A program made the position numbers and the translations under genes. The notes below the pieces were generated by a model. The model had not been told where the DNA came from. It did not search any database and was given only the letters and a program-made list of their open reading frames with translations. DNA of 64,000 nt from Alphaproteobacteria bacterium (GTDB taxonomy: Bacteria > Pseudomonadota > Alphaproteobacteria > MPNO01). The DNA lies in NCBI GenBank assembly GCA_964291675.2, contig OZ219865.1:288001-352000 (forward strand). The letters run 5' to 3'. This document shows, in pieces, positions 20,833-33,960 of the stretch; within the stretch, counting starts at the first letter, position 1; the number at the start of each line of letters is the position of its first letter.

Positions 20833-21438
20833 CTAGAACAGGTTCTGGGCCGATGTCATCGCGTACAGCATCGGGATCGACAGCATCGTGTTGGTCCGCG
20901 AGAACAGCATCGCGCGGCGTCCGGCCGCGGCCTTCGCGTCGTCCGCCGCATCGACCATGCCGAGCGCGATCTTCTGCGCCGGCCAGATGATGAACCAGAC
21001 GTTGAACCACATGATGGTGCCGAGCCACATGCCGATGCCGATCTGGGTGTGCTTGGCGACGCCGTCGGTCAGCCCGATCAGGACCGCCTCGACGAAATAG
21101 CCGTTCAGCAGCGCCAGGATCAGCCCGGTGACGATCGTCCACATCGCTCCCCAGCGGAACCAGAACAGCGCCGCGGGCGCGATCACGCCGGTGATCGCCG
21201 GCCGCTTGTCGGCGTCGATCTTGGGCATGTTCGGGATCTGGACGAAGTTGAAGTAGTACAGGATGCCGATCCACATGATCCCGCCCAGCACGTGCAGCCA
21301 GCGGAACAGGAACGACCACCAGGCCAGGTCGAGCGCCAGGCCTTCGCCGTGCCACCACAGCACGGCAATGACCAATACGACCGCGAGCACGAAACCCGCG
21401 ATGATCGTATTGTTGAGGTCCGTCAGGATCTTCGCCAT
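20833..21438 (-). CDS. PuuD/urate-oxidase N-terminal-like membrane protein (no cytochrome c domain)
   Basis: 'RWLHVLGGIMWIGILYYFNF', 'LFWFRWGA', 'FNVWFIIWPAQK', 'SRTNT.LSIPML'. Confidence 0.75.
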   Translation of the reverse strand: MAKILTDLNNTIIAGFVLAVVLVIAVLWWHGEGLALDLAWWSFLFRWLHVLGGIMWIGILYYFNFVQIPNMPKIDADKRPAITGVIAPAALFWFRWGAMWTIVTGLILALLNGYFVEAVLIGLTDGVAKHTQIGIGMWLGTIMWFNVWFIIWPAQKIALGMVDAADDAKAAAGRRAMLFSRTNTMLSIPMLYAMTSAQNLF

Positions 21439-21528
21439 CTTTCCCCCCGGTTAACGAGGCTGCGCCGGACGCAGCCCGACTCCAAGTCGTTAGCGTAGCG
21501 GCAAGTTTCGGCGCCTACCCGAGTCGCG

Positions 21529-22806
21529 TCAAGCCGCGCGCGCTCCGTCGGGGATGCAACCGGCGACCTCGGCGGCGCGAAACCCGGACAGGATGCTGCC
21601 CTCGATGGTCGCCGGCAGCCCGGTCGCGGTCCAGTCGCCGGCCAGCAGGACGTTGCGGAAGGCGGTGCGGGTCGCCGGCCGGCGCGCGATCCCGTCCGGG
21701 GTCTGGGCGATGGTCGCGCGGTGCTCCTTGACGATCCGCGAGGGCGGCGGCGGGTCCGCTTGACGGCCGAGCACGGGCGCGATCTCCCGCCACAGCAGCT
21801 CGGCGAGCTCCTTGCCCGGCCGGTCGATCAGCCGGCCGGCGGCGCTCACCGTGACCGAGACCGCCTCGCGGCGGGCGAACAGCCATTGCGACTCGCTGCC
21901 CGTCAGGCCGAGAAAGGGCAGGCCGCCCGGCAGCTCCACCTCGCGGTCGGTGCGGAAATGCGCGTTCAGGATCGGGTTCGAGCGCCGCGGCGTCGGGATG
22001 TCCGGCAGCAGGGCGGCGCAGGCGTCCGGCGGGACCGCGAGCACCACGGCCTCGTCGTCCGCGACATCGACGCTGCGGTCCGCGAAGCCGAGCGCCGCGG
22101 CGCGGCCGCCGTCGAGCGCGATGGAGCGCAGCCGCGCGTGGAACCGAACGGCGGCGCCGTCTTCGGCCAGCCGGCGCAGCGCCGGATCGACCAGCGCCGC
22201 CGACAGCCCGTCGGGGAAGAAGAACGGGCGGCTCGCGCGCTCGCCGCGCAGGAAGCCGGCCCGCAGGGCGGACCAGAGCAGTAGCGCCGAGCCTTCGCTC
22301 GCGTCGGTGTTGAGCGCCGCCCGGCAGAGCGGCTGCCAGAAACGCGCGTACAACGCTCCCGTCTCGCCGACGCGGTCCCGCACGGTGTCGCCCGGCGCGG
22401 CGCGGGCGAGGCGGGCGATCCCGAGATACTCCGCGAGCCGCGAGCCGGCGACCCGGCGGCGCCGGTCGAGCAGCCAGAACGGGACCGGCCCCCTGCCGGG
22501 CGCGACCCGCCAGCTCTCGCCGCTCGCGACATCGACGAAGGGAAAGGCGGCGGGGGCGATCTCCTCGATCGCATCCGCCGCGCCGGCCTCCGCGAGATAG
22601 GCCAGCGTCGCCCGGTTGGCGCCGAGCACCATGTGGCTGCCGTTGTCGATGACGCAGCCGAGCGTGTCGTCGAAGAACGACCGGCAGCGCCCGCCGGCGT
22701 GGCCCGCGGCCTCGTAGACCGCCACCCGCGTCCCTTCCCGCGCGAGCCGGAGCGCGCAGGCGAGCCCGGAAAGCCCGGCGCCGACGACATGCACCCTAGC
22801 CGGCAT
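21529..22806 (-). CDS. hpnE: Hydroxysqualene dehydroxylase HpnE
   Basis: 'VVGAGLSGL', 'GGRCRSF.D', 'IDNGSH', 'LAGDWTATGLPATIEG'. Confidence 0.85.
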   Translation of the reverse strand: MPARVHVVGAGLSGLACALRLAREGTRVAVYEAAGHAGGRCRSFFDDTLGCVIDNGSHMVLGANRATLAYLAEAGAADAIEEIAPAAFPFVDVASGESWRVAPGRGPVPFWLLDRRRRVAGSRLAEYLGIARLARAAPGDTVRDRVGETGALYARFWQPLCRAALNTDASEGSALLLWSALRAGFLRGERASRPFFFPDGLSAALVDPALRRLAEDGAAVRFHARLRSIALDGGRAAALGFADRSVDVADDEAVVLAVPPDACAALLPDIPTPRRSNPILNAHFRTDREVELPGGLPFLGLTGSESQWLFARREAVSVTVSAAGRLIDRPGKELAELLWREIAPVLGRQADPPPPSRIVKEHRATIAQTPDGIARRPATRTAFRNVLLAGDWTATGLPATIEGSILSGFRAAEVAGCIPDGARAA

Positions 22807-22879
22807 TTCCCGCCAATGGCTGCCGGCGAGCCCACGCCGCCCGTGAGATACGCCGGCCCTCATCCCGAGTAGGCGCCGG

Positions 22880-23593
22880 TCACCCGCCTTGCTTTCGCCG
22901 GAAGCGGACCCGGAAGCGCACCGCCCAGCGGTCGAGCGCGGTGAGCCCGACCGGCCCGGCCAGCGGGTCGCGCCGCCGGAGCCGGCGGGCGAGCCGGCTG
23001 CGCCCGGCGATCTCCGTCATCGCCGCCTCGCGCAGGACCGGATCGGAGATCGAGGCCGCGGCGGCGAACCCGTCCGCCATCATCGGCTCGATGCGGTCGA
23101 GCAGCCGGACGAGCACCGAGCGCAGGCCGCGCCCGGTCCTGCGCCCGGCGAATTCCTCGGGCGCGACCTCGGCCGACCGCAGCCAGTCGCCCGGCAGGTA
23201 GATCCTGTCATGGGCGCGGAACGCCGCGCCGCAATCGAGCGCGAGGTCGAGCAGATGGGCCGCCACGCAGTAGCTCCCGAGCTTCTGCCGCCCGGCCTCG
23301 TCCAACCCGGACGCCGCGGCGAATCTTTCGGCGAACGGGGCGACCGCGAAGCCGGCATAGGAGACCAACTCGCTCCAGCTGCGGAAGCGCCGCGCGACGA
23401 GGGCCTTCTCCTGCGCCTGGCAGGCCCGTTTCATCGCCGCGTCCTCGGCGGCGCCGGCGAGGCTGGCGAGCGCGTCGCGGCGCTCGTCCACCGGCCGCGC
23501 CGAATCGTCGGCGAGCGCGCGCGCGTCTTCCAGCGCGGCGGCGCAGGCGACGATCTCCGGCCAGGCTTCCAGCCGCCGCGTATCCAATGGCAT
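22880..23593 (-). CDS. Degenerate squalene synthase HpnC-like protein
   Basis: C-terminal part of long ORF: 'RFRSWSELVSY', 'LDCG..FR.HDRIYLP.DWL' resemble HpnC; Asp-rich motifs eroded; start 23593 or 23605. Confidence 0.6.
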   Translation of the reverse strand: MPLDTRRLEAWPEIVACAAALEDARALADDSARPVDERRDALASLAGAAEDAAMKRACQAQEKALVARRFRSWSELVSYAGFAVAPFAERFAAASGLDEAGRQKLGSYCVAAHLLDLALDCGAAFRAHDRIYLPGDWLRSAEVAPEEFAGRRTGRGLRSVLVRLLDRIEPMMADGFAAAASISDPVLREAAMTEIAGRSRLARRLRRRDPLAGPVGLTALDRWAVRFRVRFRRKQGG

Positions 23594-23638
23594 CGTCGGG
23601 CGCATGCGCCCAATATACGCGGGTTTGAGGACGGCGCG

Positions 23639-24544
23639 ATGTCGGCAAAGCCCCGATCCTACTGCGCGGCGGAGGTCCGCCGCCTCGACCGCGAGCGCTA
23701 CCTGGCGGCGCTGTTCGCCCCTTCCGGGCGGCGCGAGGCGCTGTTCGCGCTCTACGCCTTCAACCTGGAGGTGGCGAAGACCGCGGAGGTGGTCTCCGAG
23801 CCGATGCTGGGCCAGATCCGGCTGCAATGGTGGCGCGAGGCGCTCGACGGGATCTATGCCGGCGCGGTGCGCGAGCACCCCGTCGTCGCCGCGCTGGCCG
23901 AGGCGGTCGAGGCCCACGACCTCGACCGCGCCCGCTTCGAGACCATCGTCGACGGCCGCGCCGCCGACCTCGACCCCGCACCGCCGCCCGACCTGGACGC
24001 GCTGGAGGGCTATGCCGCCGCCACCGCCGTGCCGCTGGTCGAGCTTGCCTGCCAAATCCTCGGGGCGGGGGAGGGGGAGGCGATGGCGGCGGCCCGGGCG
24101 GCGGGGCTCGGGCTCGGCCTCGCCGGGGTGCTGCGCGCGGTGCCCTTCCACGCCCGCCAGCGCCGGCTCTACGTCCCGCTGGCGCTGCTGGACGATGCCG
24201 GGATCGCCGCCGCCACGCTGTTCGACCGGGCGCCGCCGGCGGCCTTCGCCGAGGCGGTCGCGCCGATCGCCGGGCGGGCGCGCGCCCATATCGCCGCCGC
24301 GCGCCGGGCGCGGCGCGGCGTTCCGCGGACGGCGCGTGCGGCGCTTCTGCCGCTTGCCGTCGCCGAGGCCTATCTCGATCGTCTGGCGCGCAACGGGCAC
24401 GATGTGTTCGATACGGGATTGGAATTTTCGCCGCTGGCAGCCCAGCTCCGCATCGCGCGCGCGGCGCTGGGCGGGCGCTACTCGGCGGCGTCCGCCGCGC
24501 CGCCGGACCAGGCTTCGAGATCGGCCAGCGCGCGGCTGCAATAG
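23639..24544 (+). CDS. Phytoene/squalene synthase family protein (NDUFAF6-like)
   Basis: 'YC...[16 protein letters not shown]', '[15 protein letters not shown]'; overlaps trmFO 3' end by 67 bp. Confidence 0.85.
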   Translation: MSAKPRSYCAAEVRRLDRERYLAALFAPSGRREALFALYAFNLEVAKTAEVVSEPMLGQIRLQWWREALDGIYAGAVREHPVVAALAEAVEAHDLDRARFETIVDGRAADLDPAPPPDLDALEGYAAATAVPLVELACQILGAGEGEAMAAARAAGLGLGLAGVLRAVPFHARQRRLYVPLALLDDAGIAAATLFDRAPPAAFAEAVAPIAGRARAHIAAARRARRGVPRTARAALLPLAVAEAYLDRLARNGHDVFDTGLEFSPLAAQLRIARAALGGRYSAASAAPPDQASRSASARLQ

Positions 24545-25820
24545 GCCCGCTTGCGCTCGCGCCCGCGCCGGCGTTCGGCGAGCGGCGGCAGCAGGCCGAA
24601 ATTGACGTTCATCGGCTGGAACAGCGCCTGCTCGGCGCCGCCGGTGATGTGGGCGAGCAGCGCGCCCAGCGCGGTGGTCGGCGGCGGCGGCGCGAAGCTC
24701 CGCCCGATTGCGTCGGCGGCGGCGAAGCGGCCCGCCAGCAGGCCGATGGCGGCGCTCTCGACATAGCCCTCGACCCCGGTGATCTGCCCGGCGAAGCGGA
24801 GCCTCGGCGCGGCGCGCAGCCGGAGCGAGGAGTCGAGCAGCCTGGGCGCGTTGATAAAGGTGTTGCGGTGGAGCCCGCCGAGCCGGGCGAACTCGGCGCG
24901 CTCCAGCCCGGGGATGGTGCGGAACACGCGGACCTGCTCGGCGTGGCGCAGCTTGGTCTGGAACCCGACCAGGTTGTAGAGCGTGCCGAGCGCGTTGTCC
25001 TGGCGGAGCTGGACCACCGCGTGCGGGCGCCGGCCGGTGCGCGGGTCGGTGAGCCCGACCGGCTTCATCGGGCCGAAGCGCAGCGTCTCGCGCCCGCGCC
25101 CGGCCATCACCTCGATCGGCAGGCAGCCCTCGAAATAGGGGGTGTCGCGCTCCCAGTCCTTGAATTCGGTCTTCTCGGCCGCCTCCAGCGCGTCGATGAA
25201 GGCTTCGTATTGCGCCTCGTCCATCGGGCAGTTGATGTAGTCCGACCCGGTGCCGGCGGGGCCGGTCTTGTCGTAGCGGCTCTGCAACCAGGCGGTGTCG
25301 AAATCGATGGTCTCGCGGTAGACGATCGGCGCGATGGCATCGAAGAAGGCGAGCGAGTCCTCGCCGGTCAGCGCGCGAATCGCCTCGGCCAGCGGCGGCG
25401 AGGTGAGCGGCCCGGTGGCGACGATGGCGCTTTGCCAGTCCTCGGGCGGCAGGCCGGCGATCTCGCCGCGCTCGACGGCGATCAGGGGCTCGGCCTCGAT
25501 CGCCGCCTCGACCGCTTGCGAGAAGCCGTCGCGGTCGACCGCCAGCGCGCCGCCGGCCGGCACCTTGCTGGCATCGGCGGCGGCGAGGATCAGCGAATCC
25601 AGGCGCCGCATCTCCTCGTGCAGCAGGCCGATCGCCGAGCTTTCGGCGTCGTCCGAGCGGAACGAATTCGAGCAGACCAGCTCGGCGAGCCCCGCGGTCA
25701 GGTGCACCTCCGTCGCGCGGACGGGGCGCATCTCGTGGAGGATCGCGCGGGCGCCGGCGCGGGCGACCTGCCACGCCGCCTCGCAGCCGGCGAGCCCGCC
25801 GCCGACGATGTGGACCGCAA

Positions 25821-25824
<4 letters not shown>
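24478..25824 (-). CDS. trmFO: tRNA (uracil-5)-methyltransferase TrmFO/Gid
   Basis: '[13 protein letters not shown]', 'ELVCSNS', '[14 protein letters not shown]', 'FQPMNVNFG'. Confidence 0.96.
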
Positions 25825-28682
<2,858 letters not shown>

Positions 28683-28815
28683 GCCGATTCGTGTCAGGGG
28701 CCGGGCCGCCCGGCCATAACTACATCCGCCTTGGCCGGGCCGCAATGGTGGTGTCCCCACCTGTCCCCAGCATGTCACGCCCCCCCTCGCCCTCCCGTCA
28801 TGCCCGGACTTGTTC

Positions 28816-29851
28816 CACTGCTGTCCAGTTTATGTGAGCTGGACCGGGCGCAAAGCCTTGTTCCGGGCGGGATATCGGCGCATCCGCCGGATCGGGACAC
28901 GGATCGCCGCACGCCCGCACTTGCCGTCCCTGCCCCTCCGTTGTCACCCCGGCCTCGTTCCGGGCACCCACGGGCGGGGCGGGCCGCACCCGGCTCCCGT
29001 ACTCCTCCACCGCCACCACCACCCCGTCATGGCCGGACTTGATCCGGCCACCCATGCGCGGACTTGATCCGCGCAACCACTGGCGCCACCGGTACAACGC
29101 CCCGTCGGGAGAGGCGGCGGCGCCAGTAGATGCCCGGATCGAGTCCACTGCTGTCCGGTTTATGTGAGCTGGACCGGGCGCAAAGCCTTGTTCCGGGCGG
29201 GATATCGGCGCGTCCGCCGGATCGGGACACGGATCGCCGCACGCCCGCACTTGCCGTCCGTGCCCCTCCGTTGTCACCCCGGCCTCGTTCCGGGCACCCA
29301 CGGGCGGGGCGGGCCGCACCCGGCTCCCGTGCTCCTCCACCGCCACCCCCACCCCGTCATGGCCGGACTTGATCCGGCCACCCATGCGCGGACTTGATCC
29401 GCGCAACCACTGGCACCACCGATACAACGCCCCGTCGGGAGAGGCGGCGGCGACAGTGGATGCCCGGATCAAGTCCGGGCATGACGATGGGGGGAGGCAT
29501 GGTGATGGGGCGGGAAACGCCGGGCGCGACGCGGGTCGAAGGCTAAACCGGACAGCAGTGGACTCGATCCGGGCATCCATGGGCGCCGCCGCCCCTCTCG
29601 TCGGACCGTCGTGCGGGCGGAGAGGCCGCGTGGATGGCCGGATCACCCCCGGACTTGATCCGGGGGCCGGCCATGACGTAGGGGTAACAGCGGGAGCGGA
29701 GATGCAGATGCTCACGGGCGCGGAGCCCGCGTCGAAAATCTAAACCGGACAGCAGTGGATCAAGTCCGGGCATGACGATGGGGGGAGGCATGGTGATGGG
29801 GCGGGAAACGCCGGGCGCGACCCGCGTCGAAGGCTAAACCGGACAGCAGTG
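28816..29851 (+). mobile_element. REP-carrying MITE, outer copy interrupted by a second copy; 9-bp duplication GACTTGTTC
   Basis: TIR CACTGCTGTCCAGTTTA at 28816 and TAAACCGGACAGCAGTG ending 29851; GACTTGTTC at 28807-28815 and 29852-29860 inside a split REP. Confidence 0.8.
29146..29757 (+). mobile_element. Nested MITE (29146-29560) plus flank ending at a second right TIR
   Basis: Left TIR at 29146, right TIRs ending 29560 and 29757; flanks GATCGAGTC/GATCAAGTC; near-identical to 41432-42041. Confidence 0.75.
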
Positions 29852-29937
29852 GACTTGTTCCGGGCATCCACTGGCGCCACCATCGCGCCCGGCGGGCCGA
29901 TGTGCCGGCGGCGGGGACGGGACGAGCGGAGGGAGGC

Positions 29938-30891
29938 ATGAAACGCTGCGCGATCATCGACGACTACCAGGGCTGCGCGCTCGACATGGCGGACTGGGGG
30001 GCGCTCGCGCCGGACGTGGAGGTCGAGGCGTTCGGCGACCACATGGCCTGCGAGGAGGCGCTGGCCGGCCGTCTCGCCGGCTTCGAGATCGTCTGCGCGA
30101 TGCGCGAGCGCACCCCGTTCCCGCGCTCGCTGTTCGAGAAGCTGCCGAAGCTCGAGCTGCTGCTGACCAGCGGGATGCGCAACCTCTCGATCGACGGGGC
30201 GGCGGCCGCCGACCACGGCGTCACGGTGTGCGGCACGCCGTCGGTCGGCACGCCCACGGCCGAGCTCGCCTGGGGCCTCATCCTCGCGCTCGCGCGCAAC
30301 ATCCCGGCCGAGGACCGGGCGACCCGGGCGGGCGGCTGGCAGCATACGCTCGGCGTCGGGCTGGAGGGCAGGACGCTCGGCGTCATCGGGCTCGGGCGGC
30401 TCGGCGCCCGGGTGGCGCGGATCGGCAAGGCGTTCGGCATGGAGGTGATCGCCTGGAGCGAGAACCTGACCGCGGAGCGCTGCCGCGAAATCGGCGTCGC
30501 GCTGGCCGACAAGCAGACCCTGCTCGGGACCGCCGACGTGGTGACCGTCCACCTGTTGCTGAGCGCGCGCACGCGCGGGCTGCTCGGCGCCGCCGACCTG
30601 GCGCTGATGAAGCCCGGCGCCTTCCTGGTCAACACCTCGCGCGGGCCGATCGTCGACGAGGCGGCGCTGATCGACGCGCTCGAACGGCGCGCCATCGCGG
30701 GCGCCGGGCTCGACGTGTTCGACATCGAGCCGCTGCCCGCCGACCATCCGTTGCGCCGGCTCGACAACACCGTGATCACGCCGCATCTGGGCTACGTCTC
30801 GCTGGACAACTACCGCTGCTACTTCCCCGCCATGGTCGAGGACATCAGGGCCTGGCTCGCCGGCGCACCGGTCCGGGTGCTGGAGTTCTGA
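29938..30891 (+). CDS. D-2-hydroxyacid dehydrogenase family protein
   Basis: 'AMRERT', 'GLGRLG', 'VNTSRG', 'DVFDIEP', 'TPHLGY'. Confidence 0.92.
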   Translation: MKRCAIIDDYQGCALDMADWGALAPDVEVEAFGDHMACEEALAGRLAGFEIVCAMRERTPFPRSLFEKLPKLELLLTSGMRNLSIDGAAAADHGVTVCGTPSVGTPTAELAWGLILALARNIPAEDRATRAGGWQHTLGVGLEGRTLGVIGLGRLGARVARIGKAFGMEVIAWSENLTAERCREIGVALADKQTLLGTADVVTVHLLLSARTRGLLGAADLALMKPGAFLVNTSRGPIVDEAALIDALERRAIAGAGLDVFDIEPLPADHPLRRLDNTVITPHLGYVSLDNYRCYFPAMVEDIRAWLAGAPVRVLEF

Positions 30892-31156
30892 GGCGAGGCG
30901 GGGACCTCGATACGCCCGGCTACACGATCGCCCGCCCGTCGACGGCCCTTTGCGCCAACTCGCCCGCGACCGACCGGACGGCGCGTCGGCAAAGCGCGGG
31001 GCTCCCACCCGGGCATCCGCGCAGCATGGGCCGCTCGGTAACGGATCGGCTTTCCAGCGGGGGCAGGTCGTCAGGGTCGGACGTTCGGAGCCGAACGGCG
31101 GCGAGATTCGTTCACGACAAACGGCAGGAAATCGACGGCGCCGCGTGGGTTTCCGT

Positions 31157-31579
31157 TCAGCCCTCGCCGCCGCCGAAGCCACCGCCCATGTCGCCGCCTC
31201 CGAATCCGCCGCCCATCCCGTCATGGCTGCCGTCCATGCCCACGCCATGGTCCATCGGCACGGGATCGCTGGCCGCGGCCCCCAGGAAGAAGCCGCTCAT
31301 CAGGGTCATGTCGGAGGCATGCATCATGCGGCGCTCGCGCAAGACCCGTTCGGCGCGTTCGACCTCTTTCGGATCGTCGGACAGCTTCGCCGCCTCCGCC
31401 TCGGCCAGCTCGCGAAGCAGCCCCCGGTACTTTCGCCATAGCCGATGAATGCGCCAGACGGTCCAGACAATGACCGCCGCGATGGCCAGTCCGAGCACCG
31501 CCTGACCGGCGTCGAGCCGCGCGATCAAGAACCAGGCCAGAGCGATCAACACCGCTCCATCGATCAAACGACGCAGCAT
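31157..31579 (-). CDS. Small membrane protein with Gly-rich tail, function unknown
   Basis: GGAGG RBS, two TM segments, tail 'GMGGGFGGGDMGGGFGGGEG'. Confidence 0.6.
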   Translation of the reverse strand: MLRRLIDGAVLIALAWFLIARLDAGQAVLGLAIAAVIVWTVWRIHRLWRKYRGLLRELAEAEAAKLSDDPKEVERAERVLRERRMMHASDMTLMSGFFLGAAASDPVPMDHGVGMDGSHDGMGGGFGGGDMGGGFGGGEG

Positions 31580-31793
31580 GCATTCCTCCCGACTTCGGCC
31601 GCTCTTGTCGATACTTCCCGGACAGCTTCCGACTCGCAAACAATCGTATGCAAATCCTTCCACCGGCGGAAGGATTTTTCTCTTCCGGGACCGGCCCACC
31701 GACTGGCCCAAAATCCAGCCGCCGTCGACAAATGCCCGGAAGACGACGGCGCGGGCACTTCCGGGCGAACCGGAAAGTCTCTAGTCTCGCGCC

Positions 31794-32723
31794 ATGGCGA
31801 GCGAGCCCGTCGTGCTCTACGAGAACCTGCGCAGCTGCGGCTACACGCCGTTCTACCTGGCACAGCGGGCCGGTCTGTTCGAGGCCCAGGGTCTGGAGGT
31901 GGATTTCCGGCTGTCCCCCGCCCCGCCGGAGACCGCGCAGGGGCTGATCGACGGGCGCGCCGATGTCTCCTTCGGCGGGCCGATGCGGGTGATGATGCAC
32001 CACGACGCCGCCCGCGCCCGCGGCGAGCGGAGCCCGCTGGTCTGTTTCGCGCAGATCGTGGCCCGCGACCCGTTCGTCCTGGTCGGTCGCGCGCCCAACC
32101 CGGATTTCCGCTTCGCGGACCTGGTGGGCCCGCGCGTCGGCGTCGCCACCGACGTTCCCACGCCGTGGATGCTGCTCTACGACGACCTCGACCGGGCCGG
32201 CATCGATCCCGCCGCCCTGACCCGCGCGCCGGACGCCCCGATGGCGGAGAACGCCGCGGCGCTCGAGCGCGGCGAGATCGACGTGGCGCAGCTCTACGAA
32301 CCCCACGCCGAGGCCCTCGTCTCGGGCGGGCACGGGCATGTCTGGCATCGCTTCTCGGCGCGCGGCGACATCGCCTACACGACCTTCTACACGACAAGGC
32401 GTTTCGCCGCCGAGCGCCGCGCTGCGTGCCTGGCGCTGGCCCGCGCGATGGCGGCGGCGCTGGCGCGGCTGCACGCGGCGCCGCCCGCCGAGACCGCCGC
32501 GCTGGTCGGCCCGGCATTCTTCCCCGAGCTCGCCCCGGCGAGCCTCGCGCGGATCGTATCGGGATACCGCGAGGCCGGGCTCTGGCCGCGCGGGATCGCG
32601 CTGCCCGCCGCCGCCTTTGCCCGCCTCAAGGCGGCGCTGCTGGCGGGCGGCCTGATCGGTTGCGACGTGCCCTATGACGAGGCGGTCGATGCCGCGCTGT
32701 CGCAGCCGGGAGCGGCGGCGTGA
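31794..32723 (+). CDS. SsuA/NMT1-like substrate-binding protein
   Basis: 'YTPFYLA...GLFEAQGLEV', 'GEIDVAQLYEP'; no obvious signal peptide. Confidence 0.8.
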   Translation: MASEPVVLYENLRSCGYTPFYLAQRAGLFEAQGLEVDFRLSPAPPETAQGLIDGRADVSFGGPMRVMMHHDAARARGERSPLVCFAQIVARDPFVLVGRAPNPDFRFADLVGPRVGVATDVPTPWMLLYDDLDRAGIDPAALTRAPDAPMAENAAALERGEIDVAQLYEPHAEALVSGGHGHVWHRFSARGDIAYTTFYTTRRFAAERRAACLALARAMAAALARLHAAPPAETAALVGPAFFPELAPASLARIVSGYREAGLWPRGIALPAAAFARLKAALLAGGLIGCDVPYDEAVDAALSQPGAAA

Positions 32724-33724
32724 GCGGCGGCATCCCGGCCATCGACATCGCGCCGTTCCTCGACGGCAGCGCCAAGCAGGCGGTCGCCCGGGAGGTGGCC
32801 GAGGCGTGCGAGCGGATCGGCTTCCTCGTGGTGTCCGGCCACGGCATCGAGCCCGGGGTCTTCGAGCGCGCGTTCGAACGGTCGCGCGCCTTCTTCGACC
32901 GGCCGCGCGCCGACAAGGACCGCTGCCACCCGCGCGGCCCGTCGCGCCAGCGCGGGTTTCACGGCTTCGCTACGCGGGGGCTCGCCTACACGCTGGGCGA
33001 GGAGACGCCGCCGGATTTGCGCGAGACCTATTTCCTCGGCCCGGTCGACGACCACCGCGCCCATTTCGCGGACCTGCCGGAGGCGGCGGATGCCTACGCG
33101 CCCAACATCTACCCGGACCGCCCGGCCGGCGCCGCCGAGGCGTTGATCGCGGTCTACCGCGCCTATGAACGCCTGTCGGCGGACATGCTGCGCATCTTCG
33201 CGGTGGCGCTGCGCCAGCCCGAGGACTATTTCGCGGGGTTCGTCGGGCGCCATTTCAGCATCCTGTCGAGCCACCACTACCCGCCGCTCCGCGAGCCGCC
33301 GAAACCGGGCCAGCTGCGGACCGGCGCGCATACCGACTACGGCGCGCTGACCATCCTGGCGATGACCCGGGCGGATGGCGCGCTGGAGGTCCGCATGCCC
33401 GACGGCGCCTGGCAGCCGGTGCGGCCGGCGAGCGGCGCGCTGGTGGTCAATCTCGGCGACATGATGGCGCGCTGGACCAACGGGCGCTGGACCTCGACCC
33501 TGCACCGGGTCGCCAACCCGCGCGACCTCGACAGCGCCCGGTCGCGGCGCCAGACCATCGGCTATTTCTTGCATCCCGACTACGATGCGCCGATCGCCGC
33601 GATCCCGTCCTGCGTGCCGGATGGCGAGGCGCCGCGGTTCCCCACGATCTCGGCCGGCGAGCACATCGCGGTGAAGATCGCGGCCAGCCACGACGGCGCC
33701 GCGGCCGCCCGGGACGCGGGGTAG
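32720..33724 (+). CDS. 2OG-Fe(II) oxygenase, isopenicillin N synthase family
   Basis: 'IPAIDI', 'GFLVVSGHG', 'HTD', 'VNLGDMMARWTN..W.STLHRV'. Confidence 0.9.
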   Translation: MSGGIPAIDIAPFLDGSAKQAVAREVAEACERIGFLVVSGHGIEPGVFERAFERSRAFFDRPRADKDRCHPRGPSRQRGFHGFATRGLAYTLGEETPPDLRETYFLGPVDDHRAHFADLPEAADAYAPNIYPDRPAGAAEALIAVYRAYERLSADMLRIFAVALRQPEDYFAGFVGRHFSILSSHHYPPLREPPKPGQLRTGAHTDYGALTILAMTRADGALEVRMPDGAWQPVRPASGALVVNLGDMMARWTNGRWTSTLHRVANPRDLDSARSRRQTIGYFLHPDYDAPIAAIPSCVPDGEAPRFPTISAGEHIAVKIAASHDGAAAARDAG

Positions 33725-33960
33725 CCCGGAACTCTCGCCGGGATCGCTGCCCGTATCGCGTCCAGGCGTTCGCTCCGCCACGGAAGGTGGCCGTCAAACG
33801 CAAGACCGTGCAATATGTCGCGTTGCAGCGGACCGATCGCGGCGCACGGAAATCGGTCCCGGGTCGGGCAGGGCGGCGGTTCGCCCGACCTGAACCAATG
33901 AATCGAGGGCTGGCCCGCCGTCCTGCCGACATCCTGCCCTTGGACAATGGGGAGAGGAAT

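Noticed and set aside
22880-25774. 964-aa fusion ORF
   Set aside because: N-terminal part is an off-frame/antisense shadow of trmFO and the synthase gene; only the last ~237 aa look real
28798-29957. ORFs inside repeat clusters (also 41446-42154, 45637-46335, 53267-53848, 62711-63340)
   Set aside because: Translations of REP/MITE DNA (recurring 'MPGLDP', 'RIKSGHD'); no coding evidence
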